From Methanobacteriota archaeon (GTDB taxonomy: Archaea > Thermoplasmatota > Poseidoniia > Poseidoniales > Poseidoniaceae): a DNA stretch of 64,000 nucleotides. Made by a program: the position numbers and the translations under genes. Shown piece by piece: positions 16,698 through 25,983 of the stretch. Positions within the stretch are counted from its first letter, which is position 1. Every line of letters begins with the position of its first letter. The stretch spans positions 7,788 to 71,787 of the forward strand of contig JAYOBJ010000008.1 in assembly GCA_038104845.1 (NCBI GenBank), written 5' to 3'. The notes beneath the pieces were generated by a model, which was not told the origin of the DNA, ran no database searches, and was given only the letters and a program-made list of their open reading frames with translations.

Positions 16698-18473
16698 TCA
16701 CTTCTTCTTGCGTTGATGCGATTTGGCGAGGGTCCCAATGGTGGTGGCCCATTCCCAGCCCGGGCAAACGGCACGCGCCAAGCCGACCGGTTCGCCGTGT
16801 TGGAGGATCATCAGGTCGTCCCCTTGACGAATGGATGGGTCGTAACGCTGCACCATGGAGGCAAACACATCGCCACGCCAATCAACGTCTGGGTTGAGGG
16901 ACACCGTTCTCAGCGCTCCGTGCTGATGGAGGTGATCGATGGCGGCCCTGGAAAACGAGAACCCGTTGCGATCAATGGACCACACGGCCAATTGTTGACC
17001 GTCAAGTTCCAAACGCCATCTCGGCAATTTGCCCTTAATGCGCAACGGAAGGACCCAGGCATCGTTGAGTGTGGATTTGCGAGCGATGCTCATGAATTTC
17101 TGCTTCAACCGTTCGCTGTTTTTCTGATTGCGCAAACCGTGTTGCTCGACGGCCGCCTTCACCGCCGCACCGAGATCGTTCAGCGCATCGTGGTGCGTTG
17201 AGCCTCGACCTTTGCGCGTGTCCACCACCTTGACGTCGAGGAAACTCAGGTCAAACCCGGTGTGGTTGATGACCGTGGCGTACCCCGTTCGTTCGACGAG
17301 TCGTGAGAGCATCCGCCTGATTCGGGCCTCTTCCTCAAGCGACCAGTCGCCTGTGACCGGCACATCGTAGTGAGCAGCGGGCCAAACGTCCTCCAGGTCG
17401 CGCGGGACGATGCCCAGCGGCGAGGTCATCATCACCTCATGGCAGGCGCTCGAACGCATGGCGTGCAGAAACCGGTCGTGCGTTTTGGACAAACGGTAGG
17501 GTTTGCGAGCGGAACAGGGCAGGAACACCATGACGGTTCGCGTCGACTCGGGAGCCTCATAGGCATCCATCATGAAGCGCTCCCAATCCAACACAAGCGG
17601 GTCGCTGAGGGCCGTTGCCGTGTAGCAAGGAAACGTGGTCGAGGCGCTGACGTGGGAGGCGAGCACACCCTCTAACTGGCCAACCAACCGTCGATGGTGC
17701 CGCAGGTGCTCCACCGAGCGCGGGCTTGACAGGCTCTGTCGTTCGGCCAACGTGTGGACCGTGCCTTGTTGAATGGCGGCTCGAACTTCGGCGATGGCTG
17801 CCGTCCAGTGGGTCAGTTGATCGTCCATTGTGACCGATTCACCGGCCAACGGCCAGCGTGGGCCGTTGACCGTTAACAACGCACCGTGGGCCACGGCTTC
17901 CCGGCATCGCGCCAGGTCGAACAGGTCCACACCCATGGACGCAAGCACCGCCATGTTGTCGGGACCCGCAAGACCGGGTGCCCAAATCAAGGCCCCTGGG
18001 AACCGTTGCTTCAAGGTGAGCAGCGCTTGTGGTAGTTTTCCGGGTTGCGCCGCCAACTGAGGTGCATCCGTTAGCACCACGATTTCGGGCTGCAACGATG
18101 TGTCCAACAGGCCTTCATCGTGGTGCATGCGTTGCCACGACACCGGCAGCAGTTGCCCCGTGCCTTGTGCTTCACCGGCATTGGCCTCCTCGAGGGAGGG
18201 CGGCAGCACGTGCCCCACGTTCACGGTGTACGCCGGGCCCAAGGCGTCGAACGCAGGCGGGACAAAAGCGCCTCTGGAACGAACGGTCATGGTTGCTGGG
18301 AGGTCATCGGAACGCGTGGCGTGAAAGGGTGCTTCATGGCTGGGAAGATCGGGGTCGCCATCGCTCATCACGCACGCAGGGGTCATCGCAGAGGGGGTCT
18401 TTCGGTCACCAAGCCCCCAGCAACGCGCCATGCGGTCCCTGGCCATCACGGTGCGGGCCAATGGACCGGTCAT
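16698..18473 (-). CDS. arcS: Archaeosine synthase ArcS (TGT-like N-domain, PC-x3-KPY domain, C-terminal PUA)
   Basis: It carries VFLPCSARKPYRLSKTH (PC-x3-KPY motif) and a C-terminal PUA-like segment, RQGDDLMILQHGEPVGLARAV. Length is 591 aa. The ATG is at complement of 18471-18473; the start is not otherwise verified. Confidence 0.8.
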   Translation of the reverse strand: MTGPLARTVMARDRMARCWGLGDRKTPSAMTPACVMSDGDPDLPSHEAPFHATRSDDLPATMTVRSRGAFVPPAFDALGPAYTVNVGHVLPPSLEEANAGEAQGTGQLLPVSWQRMHHDEGLLDTSLQPEIVVLTDAPQLAAQPGKLPQALLTLKQRFPGALIWAPGLAGPDNMAVLASMGVDLFDLARCREAVAHGALLTVNGPRWPLAGESVTMDDQLTHWTAAIAEVRAAIQQGTVHTLAERQSLSSPRSVEHLRHHRRLVGQLEGVLASHVSASTTFPCYTATALSDPLVLDWERFMMDAYEAPESTRTVMVFLPCSARKPYRLSKTHDRFLHAMRSSACHEVMMTSPLGIVPRDLEDVWPAAHYDVPVTGDWSLEEEARIRRMLSRLVERTGYATVINHTGFDLSFLDVKVVDTRKGRGSTHHDALNDLGAAVKAAVEQHGLRNQKNSERLKQKFMSIARKSTLNDAWVLPLRIKGKLPRWRLELDGQQLAVWSIDRNGFSFSRAAIDHLHQHGALRTVSLNPDVDWRGDVFASMVQRYDPSIRQGDDLMILQHGEPVGLARAVCPGWEWATTIGTLAKSHQRKKK

Positions 18474-18558
18474 GTGCCTTGGGTTTCACCGCTGTTCTTC
18501 AAAGGTTTGAACCGATTGACAACGGTTGGTTTGAAAGCGGTGGCGGACAGGCCCCAGC

Positions 18559-20763
18559 ATGAACCGTGCTCGAGCGGTCGCCATGCTTGGCATCCTGTTG
18601 ATGTCGACGTGGTTGACGGCGGCATCGGTCTCCGCACAAGATGCGTCGACGCTCGGGACCGATTCAACCGCCGCCGTGGTTGACCTCCAAGCGGGGGACA
18701 CCGTCGCGGCCACCCTCAACCTCAATCCGGGTGACGGGCTGATGGTGGGGGTTGAATGCGAAGGGTGCACCATCGCTGTTGGCCACGACGGTCAAACCAC
18801 CGAAAGCACACACGTGCTCAGCCGCATCAGCGAAACAGGAGGTGAAGCTGAAGTTCGCATCAACGCTACCTTGACCGAAACCGTTCGATACTTCATCGTC
18901 GTCGGTTCTGTTGAGAACCACCCGAGCGTGCGACCGGCCCCCTCGGCACCTGCCGCCTCCCACGGCGCAGGCCTGTGTGACGCCAACCGATCCTGCATGG
19001 ACCCCGAACGCGGCATGCTCAACGGGGTGGTGCCCAGTGACGATGCGCCTGCGTTCTTGGCGATCGGCACCCTTGACGGCTCGGATGAATTCCACATTGT
19101 GAACGCCTTCGAGGGCGACACCTTGGAATGGCAGTGGTTGATGACGACGGGCGCAGTGGACATCGAGGTCTATTTCCAGGACGGCGCTTCTGAACGCCTG
19201 GATGAACTGCGGCTGTCCGTTCCTTCGCCTCATCTGATGCCGGCCGACCAGCACCCGGTTTCGGGGTATTGGACAGCGGAGACGGATGGACGATGGGTGG
19301 TTCGCCTTGCCACGCCCGAAACGCAGGTCGACTGGGCTGCCCACGTCTTCAGGCATGCGGCACAGGCGCCCATCGATTTGACCGACCGAAACCTCACGCA
19401 CGGCACCGCCGTGCTGGGTCACGACACCGCCTCGGCCTTTTTTGATTGGACGCCCAACACCAAACTGACCGCCACCCACCGTTTCGCTGACACTCTGTTG
19501 AGGATTGACCAACTCATGAACGGTGTTTGGGTCACGGGAACAACGGTGAACCTCAGCGCAGGAACCGTCCACGCAGCCTACCCTTACCCAGGGGTCACGG
19601 CTGGCCGCTTGATCGTCAACGGAACGGCAGCGTTCGCGGTGGAACTTCTGGCGCTTTCGTATGCAGATGTGGACGGTCTGGAAGCCCCGGCCTACCGCCC
19701 ACACAACATCGAGGACAACAATGCGTCCTGGCCGGTTCTCAACCTCACTTCCGCCACCCACGCTACGCTGACATTGGCCGTGCACGATGCTGCCGACACC
19801 TATCGGTTGGTGGTCGATGGATGGGAGGATTCCATCCACTTCGTTGAATTTACGCTCGACGGGGATGTGGCAGGGCTGGAGGCGCAAGTCTGGGACATCG
19901 ATCAAACCACCGGTGAGGTGTTGAACACCGAGATCACTCGGCCCATCACCGACCAACTGCGCATTGGATTGCAGGTTGGTCGGGGCACCCACTACGTCCA
20001 ATTCCGACTCCAGGACGCCAACGCCACCATCACGCACCTCTGGGGTGAGGATGTTGAGCCGATGGAGTACACCGTGGTGCCCGGGTACGAATTGATGGAC
20101 GAAGGTGAAGAGCCGTGGTTCGAACCCAGCGATGATGCCCTGCGATGGGGTGAAACCGCTCGATGGTTCCTCGGTGCATTGTTTCTGATTCCCGTCGCAT
20201 TCGTGTACCTCAACCTTCGCCGGGAGCGGCGGTTTGCGGAGGAGATCGTCCAAAAGCGCTCTCGGTTGGCTTGGTATGCCGAACGGTTGAACACCGGTGA
20301 ATCCACAGCAAAGGCTTCACGAAAAGACCTGGTTCGAGCCCTTTCGGCAGTGGCCCAACTCCCTTGGGAAGACGGTGACAAAGCATGGGGAGCACCCATC
20401 CAAACCCACACCACGGACGGTTTGGAGCTCGGCGTCTGGAAGGTGGATCCGCGACTCGCCCATGTTGAACGGGCGTGGCCCCTCGTGGTGGGTGTTCACG
20501 TGACCAAGGGCGACTGGAACATCGCAGCATTGAGGTTCGACGCCCCTGACGGGGCCGCCTTTGAGGTGGTTCACGTTGAGCCACGGTTCCTGTATCACGG
20601 GGAGGAGGTGTTCCTTGACACTTTGAAGGAGGGGCACCGGGTGTACGTTTATGTCGAGCTCCTCGGCTCAGCGGGCGCAGTGGATGTGGAATTGAACGGC
20701 AGAATGGACCAGGTGCCGTTCGCCTCCCGTGTCCCCCGAGCGGTGATGATGGAAGAAGAATGA
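18559..20763 (+). CDS. Type I membrane protein with jelly-roll/PPC-like ectodomain and ~190-aa cytoplasmic domain
   Basis: Signal peptide MNRARAVAMLGILLMSTWLTAASVSAQD. One TM, ARWFLGALFLIPVAFVYLNL, followed by RRERRF. The cytoplasmic C-terminal domain belongs to no family I recognise. Confidence 0.75.
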   Translation: MNRARAVAMLGILLMSTWLTAASVSAQDASTLGTDSTAAVVDLQAGDTVAATLNLNPGDGLMVGVECEGCTIAVGHDGQTTESTHVLSRISETGGEAEVRINATLTETVRYFIVVGSVENHPSVRPAPSAPAASHGAGLCDANRSCMDPERGMLNGVVPSDDAPAFLAIGTLDGSDEFHIVNAFEGDTLEWQWLMTTGAVDIEVYFQDGASERLDELRLSVPSPHLMPADQHPVSGYWTAETDGRWVVRLATPETQVDWAAHVFRHAAQAPIDLTDRNLTHGTAVLGHDTASAFFDWTPNTKLTATHRFADTLLRIDQLMNGVWVTGTTVNLSAGTVHAAYPYPGVTAGRLIVNGTAAFAVELLALSYADVDGLEAPAYRPHNIEDNNASWPVLNLTSATHATLTLAVHDAADTYRLVVDGWEDSIHFVEFTLDGDVAGLEAQVWDIDQTTGEVLNTEITRPITDQLRIGLQVGRGTHYVQFRLQDANATITHLWGEDVEPMEYTVVPGYELMDEGEEPWFEPSDDALRWGETARWFLGALFLIPVAFVYLNLRRERRFAEEIVQKRSRLAWYAERLNTGESTAKASRKDLVRALSAVAQLPWEDGDKAWGAPIQTHTTDGLELGVWKVDPRLAHVERAWPLVVGVHVTKGDWNIAALRFDAPDGAAFEVVHVEPRFLYHGEEVFLDTLKEGHRVYVYVELLGSAGAVDVELNGRMDQVPFASRVPRAVMMEEE

Positions 20764-20764
20764 T

Positions 20765-21892
20765 TCAACCACGACGCCGTCGTTCTTCAGCGTCGTCCCT
20801 GATCGCGGCTTGCAGGTCGGACGGTGACAACGCCTCACGCAGGCCTTCCAGTGTTTTCTTTGAGGCACGGTTGAGTTTCTTGGGCATGTGGAGTTTCAAC
20901 AACACCACGACATCCCCTCGACCACCGCCCCGTTGACGCGGCAAACCTCGCTTGCGAACTTCAACCGTCTCACCTGAATTGGACATGGCGGGGACTTTGA
21001 TGACCAAAGGTTCACCATCAATGTGGTCAAGGGTCACGCTTGTTCCCAGCGCCAAATCGGCGTAGCCGATGGGCAGGGACATGATCAAATCGGAACCGGA
21101 CCGCTCAAAGAACGGGTGGGGTGCGAGTTCGAGTTCGATAAAGAGGTCACCGGGCGAACCGACACCTTGCGGTGCGGGTTCTCCCTTGCCCCTCATGCGC
21201 ATCCGGGTCCCGTCCTCGGCCCCCAACGGCACCTTGAACCGCAGTGTGCTGCTCTTCATTTGCTGCCCGTTGCCATCGCAATCACCGCAGGCAACGTCGC
21301 TCACCTGACCTCGGCCAGCGCAATCCCTGCACGCTTGGACCGCTTCCTGGACGAACGGCCCGATCTGTTGACGCACGCGAACCTGCCCTTGACCCGAACA
21401 TGTCGAGCAGGAGGTCAATCGACCGCCTTCTGCGCCGGTGCCCTCGCATCCATCGCAAGGGTGCGGTAGATCGAGGGTCACTTCCTGTTCGGTACCGTTC
21501 AACACATCCGTGTATTCCACGGTGTGCCGCAGGAGGATGTCCGAACCGCTTTGACGGCGACGGCGACCGCCTCCACCGAACATGGAGGAAAAGAAATCAC
21601 CGCCCAAAATGTCCTCAAGGTTGATGTTGAAGCCACCGCCGAATCCACCGAACGGGTTGCCTTGTGGACCGTCATGGCCGAATCGGTCGTACTGTGCCCG
21701 CTTCTGTTCGTCCGACAGGACGGCATACGCCTCCTGAATTTCTTTGAAACGGTTTTCTGCATCCGCTTCGGTGCTCCGGTCCGGGTGGTACTTTCGGGCC
21801 AAACGGCGGAAGGCGTTTTTGAGTTCAGCATCCGTAGCGGACCGTTCAACACCCAAGACCTCGTAGTAGTCTCGTTTGCTGGCCATCACCAT
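20765..21892 (-). CDS. dnaJ: Chaperone DnaJ (Hsp40), type I
   Basis: J-domain KRDYYEVLGVERSATDAELKNAFRRLARKYHPDR, a Gly/Phe-rich linker, and four CxxCxGxG repeats (CDGCEGTG, CSTCSGQG, CRDCAGRG, CGDCDGNG). Alternative ATG at 21886. Confidence 0.9.
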   Translation of the reverse strand: MVMASKRDYYEVLGVERSATDAELKNAFRRLARKYHPDRSTEADAENRFKEIQEAYAVLSDEQKRAQYDRFGHDGPQGNPFGGFGGGFNINLEDILGGDFFSSMFGGGGRRRRQSGSDILLRHTVEYTDVLNGTEQEVTLDLPHPCDGCEGTGAEGGRLTSCSTCSGQGQVRVRQQIGPFVQEAVQACRDCAGRGQVSDVACGDCDGNGQQMKSSTLRFKVPLGAEDGTRMRMRGKGEPAPQGVGSPGDLFIELELAPHPFFERSGSDLIMSLPIGYADLALGTSVTLDHIDGEPLVIKVPAMSNSGETVEVRKRGLPRQRGGGRGDVVVLLKLHMPKKLNRASKKTLEGLREALSPSDLQAAIRDDAEERRRRG

Positions 21893-21943
21893 CCGCTCCG
21901 TTTCGGGACGATGACCCGACCTCTTTGAAATTCACGCCCGGAC

Positions 21944-22861
21944 TCACAGGTCCAATCCGCAATGGAGGCAGTAGGCCGTTCCTTGGGGCGCACTTCCACC
22001 GCACCCTCGGCACTGCAGCCCCGTTGAATCAGGTTGGCTCAACGGTTTGAAACCGGCCATTTCCTCCAGTGTCATGGACACTGCTGGTGCCGTGAACTCG
22101 GTGCCGTCGTCCTCCGCCCGCTCAGCACCTCGCCCGTCCAGCACCGTCTCCACGCCCCCTGAATCGCTCATGGACGTCAATTGCACCACATCGTTGTCGG
22201 CAGAGGGCGAGGTGCGAATCGGGGCCACCGGACGTTGTGCGATGACCGGTGCTGCAGAGGAACGCGCCAGCATTCGTGCTTGACGTTGTGCCTCACGTTC
22301 GGAACGCGTGTCGCGTCCAAACCAACCCCAAACAGCATCCAACAACCGATCCATGGGGCTTTGGCGGGCCTCAGCACCCAACGTTCGGTCGACATCGGTC
22401 GCCTCCACCCCTCCACCCGGTCCGGCCCGCCCGGAGGCCGCCACGATGTGTGGGGCCGAGCTCAAGACGGTGACGTCCACTTTGTCGTCGTTGCTGAGTT
22501 CTCGCTCGCCCACTTCGGGGGCAAGGGCACCCACCGATCGGTTCATGGTCGCCGGACCGGCATCGGGAAGCGTCCCGTCGAGCACGACGTTGCGGTCCCA
22601 AATCCCCTCGGCTTCCGCCCTGTAGACATGCCGAACCGAACGCATGGCTTGGGTTCGGTTGTATTCGTGATCCTTGACCACACGTGAGCGACGAAACAAC
22701 ACCCACCCAAGCACGAGTGCGACAACGTACCATACCCCCATCAAGCGAGGCTCAAGTTCGAACGTCCCCCGCAGGGGTGGCACGCTCATGTGCAGCGCGC
22801 CCATCAACAGCAACGGGAGAACAGCAAGGCCGCGTGCGGTCTGCCGACGCGTACCAGCCAT
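21944..22861 (-). CDS. Membrane protein with two N-terminal TM helices, a long low-complexity region and a C-terminal zinc ribbon
   Basis: MAGTRRQTARGLAVLPLLLMGAL...MGVWYVVALVLGWVLF, then RRSR. The terminal zinc ribbon is CRGCGGSAPQGTAYCLHC (CxxC-x10-CxxC). Confidence 0.65.
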   Translation of the reverse strand: MAGTRRQTARGLAVLPLLLMGALHMSVPPLRGTFELEPRLMGVWYVVALVLGWVLFRRSRVVKDHEYNRTQAMRSVRHVYRAEAEGIWDRNVVLDGTLPDAGPATMNRSVGALAPEVGERELSNDDKVDVTVLSSAPHIVAASGRAGPGGGVEATDVDRTLGAEARQSPMDRLLDAVWGWFGRDTRSEREAQRQARMLARSSAAPVIAQRPVAPIRTSPSADNDVVQLTSMSDSGGVETVLDGRGAERAEDDGTEFTAPAVSMTLEEMAGFKPLSQPDSTGLQCRGCGGSAPQGTAYCLHCGLDL

Positions 22862-22906
22862 GAATCGTGGTCAACCCCTCGCTTCATGTAGGTATGGGAT
22901 TGCTGT

Positions 22907-23938
22907 TCAACGGTCGGATGCGGGTCTGCCTCGACGCAGAAAACCGTCGATCAGCCCCAACGAAAAGCTGGCATGCAGCATCAACAAACACAGGGGCACA
23001 CCCACGATGTACGAGGCACCCGAGCGAATGTGGCGGATGCCCTCGGCGACCAACACGGACCCATAGGCTGCGGCGCCCATCCACCAGAGGGGTGCAGCCG
23101 TGACGCAGGCCAACACCGTAGCGACCGCACCCGCCCACGGCAGCCACTCGACCCAACGGAAGCGTGATGGATGCCGGAGCAGGACCTTGGTCCGCCAAAA
23201 TCCGTAACGATGACCCATTTTCCACCACTTGCCCAACGTGGTGCGCCGAGCCATGCGGACCGTGGGTGACGGCACACGGTGAAGCGCATACCCCGCCTTC
23301 AACAGACGCATGGAAAGATCGCTGTCCTGACTGGTCAACAGTTCCGTGTCCCAACCGCCCACCGCTTCCAATGCGGAGCGGCGATGCGTCACAAAGGCGG
23401 GAACCTTGGTGGGGCCGGGGGCGGTGAACCGACTGAATTGGCCATCGCTTTGACCCAACGGAGATGCAAGCGCCGCATCAATCCACCCGGCGACAAGGGC
23501 TTGCTCGCCCGCAAGACCCTCCACCTTGCACCCGACGCCGGCCAGCGGAGCCGCTGCCTGCTGTTCCGCCAGTTGCCAAGCGACCAAGCGGTCCTCCAGA
23601 TGGGTGCGCTCGATGGTGGCATGCCCCAACAGCTCCACGACAAATTCAACCGTCTTGGGCAGCAAGGACAGGGCCAAATTGCGTGCATGGGCGACGGTAC
23701 GCTCAGGATTGTGCACCACATGGACCGAAGGAAGCCTTGTGGACCGTTGGGCCAACACCGTTTCGATGGCCTCGAGGGTGTTGTCGGTCGACCCCCCATC
23801 CACCAAAACAACCGTGTGGGCTTCCGGCGCCATGGATTGAGCAAGAAGGGACTCCAGCAGGGAACCCACATGCTCGCCTTCGTTGAGCAACGGCACCACG
23901 GTGGCCAACACCGGTCCTTCGTTCACCTCCATGGACAT
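22907..23938 (-). CDS. Family 2 glycosyltransferase with C-terminal TM helices
   Basis: VVPLLNEGEHVGSLLESLLAQ and VVLVDGGSTDNT are GT2 (GT-A) signatures. The C-terminus is hydrophobic (WVEWLPWAGAVATVLACVTAAPLWWMGAAAYGSVLV). Confidence 0.85.
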   Translation of the reverse strand: MSMEVNEGPVLATVVPLLNEGEHVGSLLESLLAQSMAPEAHTVVLVDGGSTDNTLEAIETVLAQRSTRLPSVHVVHNPERTVAHARNLALSLLPKTVEFVVELLGHATIERTHLEDRLVAWQLAEQQAAAPLAGVGCKVEGLAGEQALVAGWIDAALASPLGQSDGQFSRFTAPGPTKVPAFVTHRRSALEAVGGWDTELLTSQDSDLSMRLLKAGYALHRVPSPTVRMARRTTLGKWWKMGHRYGFWRTKVLLRHPSRFRWVEWLPWAGAVATVLACVTAAPLWWMGAAAYGSVLVAEGIRHIRSGASYIVGVPLCLLMLHASFSLGLIDGFLRRGRPASDR

Positions 23939-23979
23939 GGCTCGGTGCGGGAACCTTTGACGCCTTCGGCACCGATGCT

Positions 23980-24537
23980 GTGGCTGACGAAGTTCTTGTA
24001 GACCTGTGGCATGGGATACATATGGTCGCCAGCAGGGTCCGCCTCACCGGCGTCGACGAAGGCATTGCATGCACCGTCACCACAGTGCTCCGAGGTGCCG
24101 ACGACGGAACGCGCGCGGTTGACGCACTCGCTCATTTCTTTCCAGAGGTGACCGTTCCCGACGGTTTGGTCCCCCCTTCGTTTGGGATGGACCAAAACCG
24201 CACCCTGGAATGGACCGACCTTTCGATGAACGCCTTCCTTGATGCCCTCCATCAGCAACGGATCCTCGACACGGCGCTGGATGCCATGAGTCGGTTTCTT
24301 GAGAATGAAACCACGCACTTCCACATCGGCCGCCAAGCCGCTGCAGCCCGGAAGGTGGCCTTTCCCATCCCCGATGAACAACCCGTTGGGGGCACGTTTG
24401 ATGTTCGGCTCTCAGGGCGGGGTCTGGGCGACTGGTTGGAGGCCGCAACGTGGCATCCGGGCCGGTCCCAGGTCCCTCGGGCGATCGGCGACGAGCGAAG
24501 CATGACCCTGGACGGAGAAGCTAGCACCTGGCATTGA
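23980..24537 (+). CDS. Hypothetical protein, possibly UPF0201/COG1931-like putative RNA-binding protein
   Basis: GTG start at 23980, with the first ATG at 24022 (MVASRVRL...). VLRGADDGTRAVDALAHFFPE and RILDTALDAMSRFLENETTHFHIGRQAAAARKVAF resemble the PTED-x-KV..A...FP and ...LNKQAA..G.V.F pattern as I remember it for that family. Not verified. Confidence 0.45.
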   Translation: MADEVLVDLWHGIHMVASRVRLTGVDEGIACTVTTVLRGADDGTRAVDALAHFFPEVTVPDGLVPPSFGMDQNRTLEWTDLSMNAFLDALHQQRILDTALDAMSRFLENETTHFHIGRQAAAARKVAFPIPDEQPVGGTFDVRLSGRGLGDWLEAATWHPGRSQVPRAIGDERSMTLDGEASTWH

Positions 24538-25546
24538 ATCGGCCAGCGAGTTCATTTGCGAGTTCACCGTTGCGCCCCACCCATGGACGCTCATCGTCAA
24601 CTCGAGGCTGCCACCACAACCAAGCGTCGTGGGCGGATAAGGTCACCTTCACCGCTTCATCAATCGGCTCACACAGCACGGCGTGCACGTGGTGCTGTGC
24701 ATCACCCGAGCCGCTTGATCGAGAACCAATCAGTTGTGTTGGACGGACATGAATGGACAATTCTTCGACCCATTCACGAACCAGCGCTTCCCGCCAGTGT
24801 TCACCGGGTTCAATTTTACCGCCTGGAAACTCCCATGCACCGGCATGGGATTGGTCGGGTCCACGGCGAGCGATCAGCACACGCCCGTCCACGGTGGGGA
24901 CCACACCCGCCACCACATCCACGCCCAAGTTTGGTTGCTGAAGCATCAGCGACAGCAGCTCCTCCACCAGCTTGACAGCATCGTCCACGGCCATGCGCTC
25001 GTGGGATGGCAGGTGGACAAACAGGCACGGAACCGGCAAGCCAGTGTCATCGATGCAACCGTGCAACGCCATCAGGGTGCGATGGTAGGTTTCATTGCAA
25101 ATGAACGCACCTGCATCGTGGGACACCGTGACCGCTGAAGACAGGGCATCAAGCGGCCAAACCAGTGGGTCCAGCCTGGCACCCACATCGCCCAGCCCCG
25201 TGACCGTGGAAGACACCACCTGACGTCCTGCATTGTCGGGGATGCGCATGGACAGGCCATCTGCACCACGAACCTCCAAACGCGTCACGTCGCACGAATC
25301 GCACAAACCAAGGTGAAGGACCGCATCCCAACGTTCACCTTGCTCCAACCGTTTGGCAACACGGCGAGCACCTGCTGCATCAACGGTCAGAACGTCCACC
25401 TCCATCGTTAACGGCAGCGACACATTCGCCCCATCCGGTGCTCGCTCGTGTGCGACATCGAGTCGGCGGACCACCTCTTGGCTGATGTTGACCTTGTGGC
25501 CCCCAAACGGTTCGAAACCGGTGACAAGCACCCGACGGTGGGCCAT
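24521..25546 (-). CDS. Fusion protein: pyroglutamyl peptidase I (Pcp) domain plus MutT-like NUDIX hydrolase domain
   Basis: ORF 24521..25606 trimmed to ATG (complement of 25544-25546). The N-terminal half has VLVTGFEPFGG, TRLEVRGADG (Glu), DAGAFICNETYH (Cys) and LFVHLP (His). The C-terminal half has a Nudix box, GGKIEPGEHWREALVREWVEELSI (G-x5-E-x7-RE-U-x-EE-x-[G to S]-U). Confidence 0.8.
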   Translation of the reverse strand: MAHRRVLVTGFEPFGGHKVNISQEVVRRLDVAHERAPDGANVSLPLTMEVDVLTVDAAGARRVAKRLEQGERWDAVLHLGLCDSCDVTRLEVRGADGLSMRIPDNAGRQVVSSTVTGLGDVGARLDPLVWPLDALSSAVTVSHDAGAFICNETYHRTLMALHGCIDDTGLPVPCLFVHLPSHERMAVDDAVKLVEELLSLMLQQPNLGVDVVAGVVPTVDGRVLIARRGPDQSHAGAWEFPGGKIEPGEHWREALVREWVEELSIHVRPTQLIGSRSSGSGDAQHHVHAVLCEPIDEAVKVTLSAHDAWLWWQPRVDDERPWVGRNGELANELAGRFNARC

Positions 25547-25641
25547 GGACCACCGTTGACACCCAGCAATATGGAGCCTGCGCCCCTCGGCCGGCGTCAT
25601 GTTCACAAAGCCTCACCCGCAGGGTGGTGTGCGGTGCGACC

Positions 25642-25983
25642 ATGGAAGATGAGTTGGTGGTGGTGCTTGGCCAAGACCAAACAGCCGCTCGTCAACGCAT
25701 GTCACCCGTTCGCTTGGTTCGTGAAATTTGGCGGGAGATCACCTTTGGCGTGGGCACTTGGGGGGCCCTGCGCCCGTTGATCACGGCAATGTTGGCGCTG
25801 GTCCCCTTCCTGTTCCTGGGTCAACACTTCAACCGTGAGCACCGACGTGGAATCGAGTGGGGCTTGCTGCAAATCCCACTGGCCTTCACGATCGTGCTGT
25901 GGGTGGGGCTCTACGTGTGGTCCATTTTCGATGCGTGGAGGGACGCTGTCGCCTTCATGACCAGCCGTCAAGTCCAGAGCTGA
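25642..25983 (+). CDS. Small hypothetical membrane protein (two TM helices)
   Basis: GTG at 25624, first ATG at 25642. The helices are ALRPLITAMLALVPFLFLG and LLQIPLAFTIVLWVGLYVWSIF. Its 3' end overlaps the convergent metalloprotease gene by 16 nt. Confidence 0.5.
   Translation: MEDELVVVLGQDQTAARQRMSPVRLVREIWREITFGVGTWGALRPLITAMLALVPFLFLGQHFNREHRRGIEWGLLQIPLAFTIVLWVGLYVWSIFDAWRDAVAFMTSRQVQS

Noticed and set aside
18664-20253. 529-aa minus-strand ORF
   Set aside because: It is antisense to the plus-strand gene 18559..20763, which has a clean signal peptide, a TM and plausible composition. The minus frame is Arg/Gly/Val/His-rich with no motifs.
20761-20769. Identical 9-mer TGATTCAAC at two convergent stop-stop junctions (20761 and 43324)
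   Set aside because: It is explained by two facing TGA stops plus the last sense codons GGT/CGT on the minus strand. It is too short to argue for a functional element.
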